Shown here: positions 24,205 through 37,064 of the stretch, in pieces | Layout of the letters: each line of letters starts with the position of its first letter | Position numbering within the stretch: position 1 is the first letter of the stretch | NCBI RefSeq assembly: GCF_037042905.1 | Contig: NC_087245.1 | Location: 7,256,001 to 7,320,000 of the forward strand | Length of the DNA: 64,000 nt | Reading direction: 5' to 3' | From: Lytechinus pictus | Lineage: Eukaryota | Translations under genes and position numbers: made by a program | The notes under the pieces: model-generated | Database searches by the model: none | Seen by the model: only the letters and a program-made list of their open reading frames with translations | Told to the model about the DNA's origin: nothing

Positions 24205-24949
24205 TCATGTCACATGACCAAGGTCAAAGGTCATTTAGGGTCAATGAACTTAGACCATGTTGGGGGAATCAAAATCTTAACCTAAGGTTAAGTTTTTGAA
24301 ATATCATCATAACTTAGAAAATATATAGACCTAGTTCATGAAACTTGGACATAAGATTAATCAAGTATCACTGAACATCTTGCATGAGTTTCAGGTCACA
24401 TGATTAAGATCAAAGGTCATTTAGGGTCAATGAACTTTGGCCAAATTGGGGGTATTTGTTGAATTTCCATCATAACTTTGAAAGTATATTGGTCTAGTTC
24501 ATAAAATTTGGAGATAAGAGTAATCAAGTATCACTGAACATCCTGTGCACATTTCAGGTCACATGACCAAGGTCAAAGGTCAATGAACTTTGGCCATAAT
24601 GGGGGTATCTGTTGAATTACCATCATAACTTTGAAAGTTTATGGATCTGACTCATGAAACTTGGACATAAGAGTAATCAAGTATCACTGAACATCCTGTG
24701 CGAGTTTTAGGTCACATGTTCAAGGTCAAAGGTCATGTAAGGTCAATGAACTTTGGCCATGTTGGGGGTATTTGTTGAATTACCATCATATCTCTGTAAG
24801 TGTATTGGTCTAGTTCATAAAACGTGGACATAAGAGTAACCAAGTATCACTGAACATCTTGTGCGAGTTATAGTATTTTTCAAAGTCAGCACTGCTGCTA
24901 TATTGAATCGCGTGATGCAGGTGAGACCGCCAGAGGCATTCCACTTGTT
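24205..24949. mobile_element. 5'-truncated HINE-like element, same family as 20246-22947
   Basis: Same monomers and 3' end (TGCAGGTGAGAC..CCACTTGTT) without the LINE. Confidence 0.75.
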
Positions 24950-26786
24950 AAGTAACAATAGTCATTTTTAGAACCATTTTTGGAAAGCAACTTGGATTTT
25001 AAGGGAAAATGGATAACCGAATAATCATTGTAACCAGTCCTTAAGTATTTTTAACTCTTGAAATAGTAGTGTAGACACCAAAATAATATATCCAGGTGTA
25101 TGTTTAATGTTATATATCCACTTATAAGTAACAGCAGTCATTTAAGACCCCATTCTGTAAAGCAATCTTGGATTTTTGGACAAACTTGACACCCGACTGT
25201 TCTTTCAACTTGACACAATATATTACTTGACCCTTTAATCTCTAGTGTAGACACCAAAATCAACTCCACAATGTGCATTTCTAATGAACTATGTCTACTT
25301 TTAAGAACCACAGTAAATTTGGACCCAGCATTTTGGAAGCCTGCGGGTTTGAGAATGAACTCGGCCCGCAACCTGCGATCGGGGGCATACCGGCAGGTTA
25401 ACCCGTACCGCAACGGGTGCGGGTTACAACATTATACCAGACCATTGACTACCCCTATTAACTTGTCCTAATGTATTATTTGACCCTTGAAACCAGTGGT
25501 TTAGACACCAAAATGACATCTCCCAGGCCGATATGAAATTAACTATGTCCGCTTTAAGTGACAGCAGCCATTTTAAGTTCAATTTTTGGAATTCATCTTG
25601 GATTTATGGACATACCAGACCACTGACCATCCTTGTAACTTATCCTTATATATTACTTGACCCAAACCAGTGGTTTAAAATTAAACATCGAAATCGTATT
25701 TCCCTGGTCGATATAAAATCAGCTATGTCTGCTTTAAGTTTTAGCAGCCATTTCAGAATAAATTTTTGGACCCACCAGACCACTCACTGTCCTTGTAACT
25801 TTTCCAAGTTACTACTTCACCCTTAAAATTATTGAATCGAAACCAAATTGTGGATTTTTAGCACACGGCAGCCATTTTTGATGCCATTTTGGATTTTCCA
25901 GGTACCCTGGGGTCCTTATATTCACTCTACCCCGTATCAAGAAATTATTTTACCTCCTAGACCATGGAGTATGAAACCAATTAGGATTAGAGGGTGGATA
26001 ATGAGTGAGTCGTATTCATTAATTTTCAGTGAAGGGTGGCCATCTTGGATGCTATCTTAAAAATAACCACTTTCCCTGATGCGGATTTTGGTAGATTTTT
26101 AATATATTATTCCGGGTAAGGGTATTTTTGGTCGTACATTGAATGGTCTATAGGCCCTACCTTACAAATTGAGGCACAATGCAGGTTTGTATTAAGTTCG
26201 GAAGTTCTTTAAATCTTGTAAAGGTCAATTAATAAAACATTACATATTATTTCAATACTGATTATGTGTGTGCGTGTGTGTGGGGGAGCCATAAAAATAT
26301 AGTTTATGTGTTTCTTTCTGTCTATCCATAATTGGAAATTAGCCGAGAAGTGTATAATTGACAATTCGAATAGAAGTCCTTTAATCGTAAATTGTACTGT
26401 AGAACGAGTGGCCGAATGGTGAAAGTTGTATGCCAGTCAGTTGGTGGGGGGGGGGGTAGGGGATATGGTTGGTGGGATAGTCATCTAACTTGAAGTCTTC
26501 AGATATAAGCATTCTAGCTATCTTAGGGATGATAAAATACCATAAAACAATTCATTTTTTTAACCAGGCGCAAAATTTCTAATACACCTGATTTTAGGGG
26601 GTCTTGATATAGGTGATCCCCCCCCCCCCCCTCAGGCAGTGGGTAAGGGTCGGGAAAATTGGAACCCTATCACTTCCTGATTGATTGGACCCAAGTGAAT
26701 CCAAAATGAAAAAAAATAATAATTTTGGCACAAAAGTCCTACAGGAGCTGTGTCATGACATACCGTACCACACTAATATCATCATG

Positions 26787-27341
26787 ATAAGTTATGGCGC
26801 CATCTAATGTTGTAGTAAAAATCCTGAAATGGGGTTGAATTTTACATCTATTGACCAAGAATAATCATATAAATTACATGTCATGTATATCTCTGTTATT
26901 GGACTGTATAACAAGACATATGCATTTTTTATTATGTCATCTTTTTGTCCTAACTCTAATGCCAAAAAAGGGGGAAAATTGCATTTTTGGGGTAATATTT
27001 TACAATTTTGGGGCATTTTTCGAAAAATCCGCCCCCATATGGTAAAAGTGAAAAAAATTGACATCACAACATCATCAATTATTCATTCTTGTACACCTCA
27101 GACAACTTAGAAATAAAATTGGCGAAGAAAAGTGAGAAATAATGTTGAAAACAATGGATTATCCTATTGGGCTTTGTACAGGCCAATATGGTGCCAAAAA
27201 GGACCCCCACGAAGGGAAGGAGGGGTCTGAAAATTGAACCCCATAATTTTTGGTCTAAAGGGACTCCATTGAAGCCAAAACAACCAAAAAATCAATTTTG
27301 GCAAAAAAAAATCCTACGGCATTACACACCATACCGCACTA
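26787..27341 (-). mobile_element. Inverted, insertion-free copy of the left arm of the 19418 element family
   Basis: Reverse complement joins 19460-19515 + 19975-20250 + 22945-23132; ends ..ACCGCACTA. Confidence 0.75.
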
Positions 27342-28276
27342 AAAGGTCAAGCGGTCATTATACACATCGTTCTCTTGATAACTGAAGAACCATTTGATAG
27401 TTCAACTTCAAACTTGACTTATGTATGTATTTGTAAGCATATGGGAGAGATAATAATCTAATTAGATTTGGGGGTCATGAGGTTAAAGTTCAAAGAGGTC
27501 ATTATTTACCACTTGAGGGTCGATCTTTAAACTTAGTTCATTTAAGTTATGATGAACTGATCAGATTTGGAGGTCATGAGATTTTATGTCAAAGGTCAGT
27601 GGTGTTATGTCTTGTTTTCATGAAGACCTGCTTAATGGATCAATTTCAAACTTGGATCATTTATATACATTGAAAAGACAATCATCTGATTAGATTTTGG
27701 GATCATGAGGTCAAAGTTCAAGAGTCACAGAAGTCATTATATACACTGTACCAAGATTTTTTTCATTTTCACAATAACTAAAGAATGGTTTGAGGGCTAA
27801 ATTGTATCAGAATGATAATTTGATTTTAAAGCTCGCTTTGATTGTGGTTGATTGCGTATCCCTGTTTCCATGGTAGTTACCATATTGATAAAGTTATGAT
27901 AGTTTTTAATCTTTATGAAACAAGGCCACCGGTCTTTGTAATTGAACAGAAACAATACAACTTTTGAATAAATTGAAGGTTTTTAGGTTTTTAAGAAAGA
28001 TATTTCAAGGCAAGTTCAATACATTAAAATACACAGAAATAAACAATTTTATATCAAAGAATGTACATAAAAATAAATTTCATCAAGTGAAAAAGGTAAT
28101 GCTCCAAAAGAAAGAAACTTTGTCATGCATTAGTGTATGCCTGATCAAAGAAAAGTAGTGTTTGTTAAGGGTCCATGATGAATATTTTGTATTTCAGTGA
28201 AGATTTAGCTCTTTTTTATGTTTTGATTCTCTTGTTGCTTCTGGATATCAATAACCATTATTTGATTTTTCAACAG

Positions 28277-28525
28277 ATATGGAAGATCCTGTCCTCATGG
28301 GCTGTCCATCATCCGATTATGTTGTAAATACCACTGCTGGATTGCCAGTGGCGGAGGTCAATTATCCTGTTCCAACAGCTTCAGATAATTCAGGGCCAAT
28401 TACAGCCAATTTGACTGCAGGTCTAGCTCCGGGAAACTTTTCAATTGGTGAAACATTAGTCATGTATACTGCTTCAGATCCATCGGGTAACAGCGTATCC
28501 TGCTCCTTTTTTGTCAACGTGTCTG
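28277..28525 (+). CDS. HYR exon 15 (near-identical to exon 2)
   Basis: ACAG|ATATG..CTG|GTAAGT; 249 nt. Confidence 0.92.
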
Positions 28526-28902
28526 GTAAGTTCTAGCTTTTTACCCCATGTCTAAAAACATTAGCCTTTTAAAAGGCAAAATATACAAAAGTTCATACAA
28601 TTTGCATACTGTACTTCAATGATCAATACTGGGGAAAAAAGAAAAAAAATTGAAAATTTTATTATACAGGCTTGTAGTTTTCATCCGGCTCTACACGCAT
28701 GCAAATTTTTGCGGTCATCACATGATCAACGGCAGAGATCTGAGGGGCGGGTGGGGGGGTTCAAGTATAGTTCACATTACTAATCCTTTGCCAAAGCTAA
28801 AGACAGTTTGTGCATGGATGAAACGATTAGATTGGTGCCTTAGATAGTCAGTGGAGATGATATATATTTTTCTGCTTTCTTTGATTATATTTGTAAAAAC
28901 AG

Positions 28903-28975
28903 AAAGTGAAAAACCAGAGATTAGTGAATATCCAAGTAATCAGGATGTCAAAACAGATGTTGCGGTAATGCTTCA
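28903..28975 (+). pseudogene. Truncated HYR pseudoexon (DNENP subfamily)
   Basis: ACAG|AAAGTGAAAAACCAGAGATTAGTGAATATCCAAGTAATCAGGATGTCAAAACAGA..GGTAATGCT; Cys>Tyr change, frameshift, remainder missing. Confidence 0.75.
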
Positions 28976-30323
28976 TCTATAATTCTATGCCAATATATCT
29001 TCACTGTAAAATTCTGTAACCTAGGGCTGGCATATTTGAGATGTATTGAGGACTAGGGGGCCATGATCCCCCCCCCCCCTCCAATCTTGGCCCTTGTTTG
29101 CGGGATCGCGCTAAAATGTGGCACATGCATTCTTTACAATATAAACTATAAGCCAGTATTTAAAAAATGCAACAATTCCTTTTTAATTATTTTAAATGAA
29201 ATACACCAATTTGATAGTGATAAACATTATTTGCATTTTTAACACAAAATTTTTATTCATATTTTAATTATATTTTCCAGATCTTCTGAATAGGTTTTCA
29301 AAAATAAAAATTGTGAAAATTATTTATTTTCTGATGTATTTCTTTGTTTTTTTTAGAATTTTTTAATGTTTTTTTTAGAATTTTTTAATGTTCTTTTTTT
29401 TCAAATAAAATAATTGTACCATTAAATACCTAAATTTAGTCATAAATTGATGAAGTAAACCAACAAGAATGAAAACTACCCTTTAAAGAATTTCATCTTC
29501 CATTGACTATGTACACAAAGTATAAAAATCAGCAAATTTTTGACATGACATTGTCTCAAAAAAAGCCTCCTGGTATTGTGATGTGAAACCTGTATGTCAC
29601 AAATTTGGCCTCAAAAAGTTGCGCGAGACTTGTAAATAGTCATAAAATTTTGAGGTGGTATCATTGTGCACCCGGAAAAAATCTTGCGGTGTCACGCGCG
29701 TAAAACATTCCCCATAGACTTGTGTGTTAAAATGGCACTTTTGAAAAATTCATAAAAAATAAATGTGAAATTAGAGGGTGGAATGTTTACTACCAATGGA
29801 TAGGATATATATCTGACATTCCAAATCTGACCAGGAAAGGGAACCGTAGCCAGCTCATTTTAAAAATAAATCGCCATTTATGAAGATAACTATGAATCGA
29901 TCGAATTCATCAACTGAAACAGTAAAAAAGCCCTAATTATTCCGCCAGTCAAAAAATAGTTCCAAGTCACTTATTTATCTTCCCAATTTGGGCGAAGTAA
30001 GTTCAGTAGTTACCATTTCTAGAATCAGTGTTAGATTTTGAATCACATTCATACATTTTTGTCAATCAGCAATATCAAATTGACAAAAATTCGAATGGGT
30101 TGGGTCGAACGAATATCTTTAGCCCTCCTGATGTAATTAGGCTCGTGGGACCTTGCGGAGCGTCAAGGTGGGGGGGCATCATGGCCTCTCCTCCATTCCA
30201 TTTTCAGGACTTCAAACATTCTCAAGCATGGAAATGACAATCAATAGATTTTATCTTATGTTCCTGCCACTAAATGATGACTAACATCCTTCCAAATATG
30301 CAAATTTTGTTTATTTTACATAG

Positions 30324-30563
30324 ATATTGAGCAGCCTGTCTTAAGCTGTCCTCATAAGATCTCCCAGAACACTGAGCCTGGTCTCCCGATAGCCACGGTC
30401 AATTGGATTGATGCTATGGTAACTGACAACTCCGGATCGTTCAACTTGTCATCAGATTTCTCTAGTCCTGCTAACTTCACCATTGGACAACATGCAGTCA
30501 CCTTTACTGCACGTGATCCGTATGGCAATGAGGCAGCCTGTACTTTCTATATTATTGTTACTG
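30324..30563 (+). CDS. HYR exon 16
   Basis: ATAG|ATATT..CTG|GTGAGA; DIEQPVLSCPH..AACTFYIIVTG; 240 nt. Confidence 0.9.
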
Positions 30564-31132
30564 GTGAGATACTTCACAAAATTATGTAACCAACAGGTGA
30601 AAAGTTAATATTGAGGTTTCTTGAGGACTATTTGGTGTTGGCGTTAGACCAGAATTTACATAATCATAGTGCCATAGTTAAAATGTATTTGTTCCTTGGA
30701 CACAATATAAGAAATGTGATTTGATCAATTTTTAATAATCATATTAAATGTTGGAGCTCGGAAAGGCATCATGAATTTTGCTTTCAACACAAGCACCAAC
30801 ACTGAAATTGAAATCAGCCTATGATTCATTTATTGCATAGCCTTGAGAATCTTTCAGTATAATTATTCTTTCATTCCTGAAATGATTTCTTTCTTTTTTC
30901 TATTTACAAGAAAGTCTGTAAATAATGCTCTCAAATTACGTTCCAAGCAGTCCATGGAATGCAAAGTGGAGAAAAAAAAATCTTAAACACGATTTAAAGA
31001 TGTGGTTTGTTGATTCGTTTGAAAAAAAAAAAAGTAACTGATAGAGCATGTCACAGACTTCGCCACTTTTGGGGTCTTCAACTGAGAATATTGAGATAAG
31101 GTTATGAATGAAGAATTTCTCTCTTCTTTCAG

Positions 31133-31375
31133 ACAATGAGAATCCAGTCATCAGTGGATGTCCTAGTAATCAAGATGTCAACTCAGAGAGTGGTAATGCT
31201 ACAGCTTTAGTAACCTGGACACCACCTACAGCAACCGATAATTCTGGTAACCAGACACTGACATCCACTGCTAATCCTGGAGATTACTTCCCCATTGGAA
31301 ACAACACAGTGAATTACACATCAACAGATGCTGCTGGAAATACAGATACATGTACTTTCTACATATCTGTTACTG
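31133..31375 (+). CDS. HYR exon 17 (DNENP subfamily)
   Basis: TCAG|ACAAT..CTG|GTTAGT; 243 nt. Confidence 0.9.
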
Positions 31376-32839
31376 GTTAGTAATCTTGAAAGAACCTTTT
31401 CTATCAACTAGGAATTGCTTGTGAATATCTGAATGATTAAGATCAGGGCGCGACATAAGCACTTGCCCGATTGCCCGGGGCAAGCAAAAGTTAGAGTCGG
31501 GCAAGTGTTTTGAAATAAAGACAAAAACTACTTGCCCGAATCGGGCAAGCAAAATTCTCACTGTGAAATGAAAGTTTAGAATGTTTCCCCATACTTCACA
31601 CTCAAAAATACAGAAGAGAAAGAGAGAAAAACAAAGTTAACAACTTCCCTCAATTCAAATTGCAAGCCAGTTTGCGACATTTTTTGTGATCTACACACAA
31701 AAACACACACACAGAGTCAGCATTCATACATGTGGCTGGTGTGCCCATCCTTCAGCCTGTGTGGCAGGCATGCATGGATCTCCATGCTGCTGTGCACACC
31801 TGTACTATCCCCGATCAAACTCCGAATCAAAGTGAACAAGCTCACATGCATTACGTCAAACCCCCGTTTGGAGAAAGACCGCAGTTCAGATTGCAAACTG
31901 CGGTGTTATACCCCATTTTCCATTTGGGATCTCCCAAAAATCATTTCCAAGCCCTTATCAACCGCGCTTGGCCAGGTAATCCAGGGGTAATCCCCGCTGT
32001 CTCAATTTCACCTCCACAGGCCAGTATATGAGCGTTGAGCAAAGGACGAATAGATAAACGTACAACAGCTGTGCTATTATGTAAGACTTCTCTGCCTGTA
32101 GTAGGACCTTCGGAATGAAATTATTGTATTCGATATTTAATCACGTTTTCAAAGGCTTATTGTATTCAGTAATCCAATGTTAGTCAATTTTCAATTTCGA
32201 ACAAAGAAAATTGACCTCGAAATAAGGAAAGTAAGCGAATAAAAATGACGGCATGCTTTGCAGCTAGGGACCACACTCAGCGCTGCGCATGCATCCCATC
32301 GTATGTGGCCCCCTGCTGTGACTGTATATATGCCGGGCTGTTGTGTTATCTTCGGACCGACGTCAAGAAACAGGTGTTTTGATACTTAAATTGCTTGCTT
32401 GGGGCAGTTAGGGTTTGTCGTACTTGGAGAAGAGAATTGATGAGAAGGGAAACTGGGGTATAGTGTTCTCAAATGGAAGTTTTTCGTCATGTGAGAAATA
32501 GTTTTTCCAACAAAATAATCACAAAATCGGCGGGAAATTGTTATACTTATATGGATTCTCAGATTACTGATTTGGTGATGTGATCGGAGGAGCAAGTTAT
32601 TGAGTTTTCATACATGTAACTCGTTTCAGCCGTTGTTTTGATTTGGTGTTGTGATCGGTATAGTGGTAAGAAAGATGAGTGCAAGTCCACGATGCCACGA
32701 TGATTCATTTGATTTTTAAGTTTGTCAATGTTTCTCTGTGAAATTTTATTTATTTCTGAAACGTTAATTTTTCCAACAATTTTTATAATATATTTTAAAC
32801 TAATAGCAAGATTTTTGTTAAATGATTGCATTTTTTTGT

Positions 32840-34030
32840 TTTGTTTTAAATTTGAGCTTTCTTCCTCTTTTTCTTCCTTCCTTAATCTTTACTTGCTACC
32901 TTCCTTTCTTTCTTTTTTCTTTCTTTCTTTTCTATCCTTTCTTCTATCTTTCCCGCTTGCCTTTTTTTGTTCCATCTATCTTTTCAAATTTTCCTAGCTA
33001 TCTTTCCTGATCCTTTTTTCTCTCTTTCTCTCTGTTCATTTTTCTTTGTTTCCTTTCCTTTCTTACACATGTACATGTACTTTCCTTTTTCTTTAAATTT
33101 TTTTCATTTTTTCTTCCTCTAATTTTTCTATGATTCCTTTTCTCTTCCTCTCCTTTTTCTTTTTGTTCTTTCTTTCCTTTTTTGCTAATTTCCTTCCTTC
33201 CTATTTTTCCCCTTTCTTTCTTTCTTTCTTTTCTTTCTTTCTTTCAGAAATTGCAGGAAATATTTTTTCTTCATTCTCTCTTTCTTCCCTTTTTCTTACT
33301 TTCTTTTCCCCCTTTTTTAATTTCGTTCCATTCTTTCTTTCACCCATTAATTCATTTTCCCTTCCTTTCATGTGCTTTTCTTTCCTCTTTTCTTTATTAA
33401 TTTGACCCACCTCTCACTAATTCTCTTGTTATTCATCTCTTCCTCATACCCTCTATCACTGTTTTGTTCCAGATCCTGTTTGATGTTGCCTGCCTCATTA
33501 TCTTAATCCCTCTTGGCTTGAGGTCTTTTACTGGCCTTACTTACACTAACTTCCCTTTGTGTCTGCCTACTCCTTTTCTTTCATCCCCTTCACCAACCTG
33601 ATTGGTCTTCTCTACTCACTAATGCCCCTTTTGTCTCCTTGTTTCTAGTGTTGCTGTAGCTTGTCTGTGGTCTATATTATGGTTGTTCCACTTTATATGT
33701 TTGTCATTTTGCCTCAGACGAAGATTCTGCTAGGATCGAAAACTAAGGCCCCTTTTGACTTTCTAATTTACTCCATTGGCTCTCTTTTATTAGATAAGCA
33801 GTTTTCAGCAGCTTCTTTTTGCCTTTATTAATTTCAAAGAATGAAGGAACCTTTTTTCTTTCCTTTATTATTTCTTTCTTCTCCATTCATCTCTTTTCTT
33901 TCCTTTTTTCTTTCTCTCCTTCATCCTTTCCTTCACTTATTCATTCACCTTCTTTCTTTCTTTCTTTCCTTCCTTCCTTCCTTCTTCCTTTCCTTTCCTT
34001 TCATTTCCTTCTTTCTTCTTTAGTTATTTT
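32840..34030. repeat. Polypyrimidine low-complexity tract (CTTT/CTT-type) with an inserted segment at ~33400-33840
   Basis: Direct inspection. Confidence 0.85.
33711..33750 (+). ncRNA. Degenerate minimal hammerhead-ribozyme-like motif (Penelope-like fragment)
   Basis: GCCT-CAGACGA-A-GATTCT-GCT-AGGATC-GAAA-ACTA-AGGC; core CUGANGA altered to CAGACGA. Confidence 0.45.
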
Positions 34031-34566
34031 CAGTTATTCCCTTTTTTATTTTGTGTCACGATCATATACAAAAGCACATGAAAATATATGAGAGAGAAAA
34101 TTAATCAAATGGTGTATTGACACAAATTTCGGTCATAGGAGGTAAAATAACTTTGAAAAAACATATTACAAGGTACAATAGTTCACGTTAAAATGAGAGG
34201 AAAGGGGCAATGGTATATAAAATCCTAGTACTTTTTGAAGCGGTAAAACATTATTTTGAAGGATTTTTTTCGGGCAAGTTAAATGTATTTTCGGGCAAGT
34301 ATTTTCCAACTTTTTAGAAATTCACTTGCCCGACTGGGCAAGTGCTTCTTAAAAGTTATGTAGCACCCTGTTAAGATCATTTCATTTTCTTAAAGATATA
34401 TTCAAGAAATTCATACAGTATAGAAATAGATTTCAGCCTCAGATGTTTGTGATTGACTAAGTCACAATCTTGGCCACTTTTTGCGTTCTCGTTTGTTTTT
34501 TATTTTTTCTACTAAAGATGATAATTCAGAATAAATACCGATGAACTCATCTTGTTCTCTTCTCAG

Positions 34567-34809
34567 ACAATGAGAATCCAGTCATTAGTGGATGTCCAAG
34601 TAATCAAGATGTCAACACAGACAGTGGTAATGCTACAGCTTTAGTAACCTGGACACCACCTACAGCAACAGATAACTCTGGTACTCAGACACTGACATCC
34701 ACTGCCAATCCTGGAGATTACTTCCCTATTGGAAATACCACAGTGAATTACACATCAACAGATGCTGCTGGAAATACAAATACATGTACTTTCTACATAT
34801 CTGTTACTG
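34567..34809 (+). CDS. HYR exon 18 (array)
   Basis: TCAG|ACAAT..CTG|GTAAGC; 243 nt. Confidence 0.92.
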
Positions 34810-35065
34810 GTAAGCAATCTTGAAAGAACCTTTTCTATCAACTAGATATTGCTGGTGAAAGATCAAGATCATTTTATTTTGTCAAAGATATCTTGTAGAA
34901 ATTCATACAGTATACAATTAGATTTCAACCTCAGATTCTGTCATTGAATTGGTCACAATCTTGGTCAATTTTTTGTCCTTGGAAAACAACAGTTTGTATG
35001 TCTTCAGTTAAAAATTCAGGATAATATATACAGAGATAATTAAAACCATCTTATGTTGTTTTTAG

Positions 35066-35308
35066 ACAATGAAGATCCAGTCATCAGTGGATGTCCAAGT
35101 AATCAAGATGCCAACACAGACAGTGGTAATGCTACAGCTTTAGTAACCTGGACACCACCTACAGCAACAGATAACTCTGGTACTCAGACACTGACATCCA
35201 CTGCCAATCCTGGAGATTACTTCCCCATTGGAAACAACACAGTGAATTACACATCAACAGATTCGGATGGAAATACAGATACATGTACTTTCTACATATC
35301 TGTTACTG
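35066..35308 (+). CDS. HYR exon 19 (array)
   Basis: TTAG|ACAAT..CTG|GTAAGT. Confidence 0.92.
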
Positions 35309-35566
35309 GTAAGTAATCTTGAAAGAACATTTTCTATCAACTAGGAATTGCTTGTGAACATCTGAATGATTAAGATCATTTCATTTTCTTAAAGATATCT
35401 TCAAGAAATTCATACAGTATAGAAATAGATTTCAGCCTCAGATGTTTGTTATTGACTAGGTCACAATCTTGGCCAATTTTTGGCATTCTCATTTGTTTTT
35501 TATTTTTTCTACTAAAGATGATAATTCAGAATAAATACCGATAAACTTATCTTGTTCTCTTCTCAG

Positions 35567-35809
35567 ACAATGAAAACCCAGTCATCAGTGGATGTCCAAG
35601 TAATCAATATGTCAACACAGACAGTGGTAATGCTACAGCTTTAGTAACCTGGACACCACCTACAGCAACTGATAATTCTGGTACTCAGACACTGAAATCC
35701 ACTGCCAATCCTGGAGATTACTTCCCTATTGGAAATACCACAGTGAATTACAAATCAACAGATGCTGCTGGAAATACAGATACATGTACTTTCTACATAT
35801 CTGTTACTG
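35567..35809 (+). CDS. HYR exon 20 (array)
   Basis: TCAG|ACAAT..CTG|GTTAGT. Confidence 0.9.
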
Positions 35810-36059
35810 GTTAGTAATCTTGAAAGAACCTTATCTACATGTATCAACTTGGATTTGCTGCTGAATGATTAAAATCATTTCATTTTGTCATTTGTGCACC
35901 ATAAAAACTCGATTTCGGGATCAGATGTTTGTCATTGAGTAAGTGTACAATCTTGGCACTTTTTTGCCTTTTCTTAAGAAGGCAATAGTTTGTATCTCTA
36001 AAGATGAAAATTCAGGGTAAAATACAGAGATAATTAAAATTTTCTTATGTTGTATTTAG

Positions 36060-36302
36060 ACAATGAAGATCCAGTCATCAGTGGATGTCCAAGTAATCAA
36101 AATGTCAACACAGACACGGGTAATGCTACAGCTTTAGTAACCTGGACACCACCTACAGCAACAGATAGCGCTGCTAACCAAACACTGACATCTACAGCCA
36201 ATCCTGGAGATTACTTCCCCATTGGAAACAACACAGTGAATTACACATCAACAGATGCTTCTGGAAATGCAGATACATGTACTTTCTACATATCTGTTAC
36301 TG
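36060..36302 (+). CDS. HYR exon 21 (array; TDSAAN variant)
   Basis: TTAG|ACAAT..CTG|GTAAGT. Confidence 0.92.
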
Positions 36303-36565
36303 GTAAGTAATCTTGAAAGCACTTTTTCTATCAACTAGGAATTGCTTGTGAACATCTGAATGATTAAAATCATTTCATTTTCTTAAAGATATCTTCAAGA
36401 AATTCATACAGTATTAAAAATAGATTTCAGCCTCAGATGTTTTTATTGAATAGGTCACAATCTTGACCACTCTTTGCGTTCTCGTTCGTTTTTTCCGGTT
36501 TTTTTTAATACTAAAGATGATAATTCAGAATAAATACTGATGAACTTATTTTGTTCTCTCCTCAG

Positions 36566-36808
36566 ACAATGAGAATCCAGTCATCAGTGGATGTCCAAGT
36601 AATCAAGATGTCAACACAGACAGTGGTAATGCTACAGCTGTAGTAACCTGGACACCACCTACAGCAACAGATAACTCTGGTACTCAGACACTGACATCCA
36701 CTAACAATCCTGGAGATTACTTTCCTATTGGAAATACCACAGTGACTTACACATCAACAGATGCTGCTGGAAATACAAATACATGTACTTTCTACATATC
36801 TGTTACTG
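36566..36808 (+). CDS. HYR exon 22 (array)
   Basis: TCAG|ACAAT..CTG|GTAAGC. Confidence 0.92.
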
Positions 36809-37064
36809 GTAAGCAATCTTGAAAGAACCTTTTCTATCAACTAGATATTGCTGGTGAAAGATCAAGATCATTTTATTTTGTCAAAGATATCTTGTAGAAA
36901 TTCATACAGTATACAATTAGATTTCAACCTCAGATTCTGTCATTGAATTGTTCACAATCTTGGTCAATTTTTTGTCCTTGGAAAACAACAGTTTGTATGT
37001 CTTCAGTTAAAAAGTCAGGATAATATATACAGAGATAATTAAAACCATCTTATGTTGTATTTAG

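Larger units (their letters stand above)
19418..26775. mobile_element. Large non-autonomous TIR DNA transposon (TAG termini) carrying nested insertions
   Basis: TAGTGTGGTACAGTATGTCACTGACACAGCTCCCATAGGAC at 19418, inverted at ~26737-26775. Confidence 0.7.
31444..34370. mobile_element. hAT-like non-autonomous element (~2.9 kb)
   Basis: CAGGGCGCGACATAA..TTATGTAGCACCCTG; TTAAGAT(C) duplicated; empty site in paralogous introns (e.g. ~35368 GATTAAGATCATT). Confidence 0.8.

Noticed and set aside
32722..34091. Phe/Leu/Ser-rich membrane-like ORFs
   Set aside because: Translations of a CT-rich low-complexity tract inside a transposon
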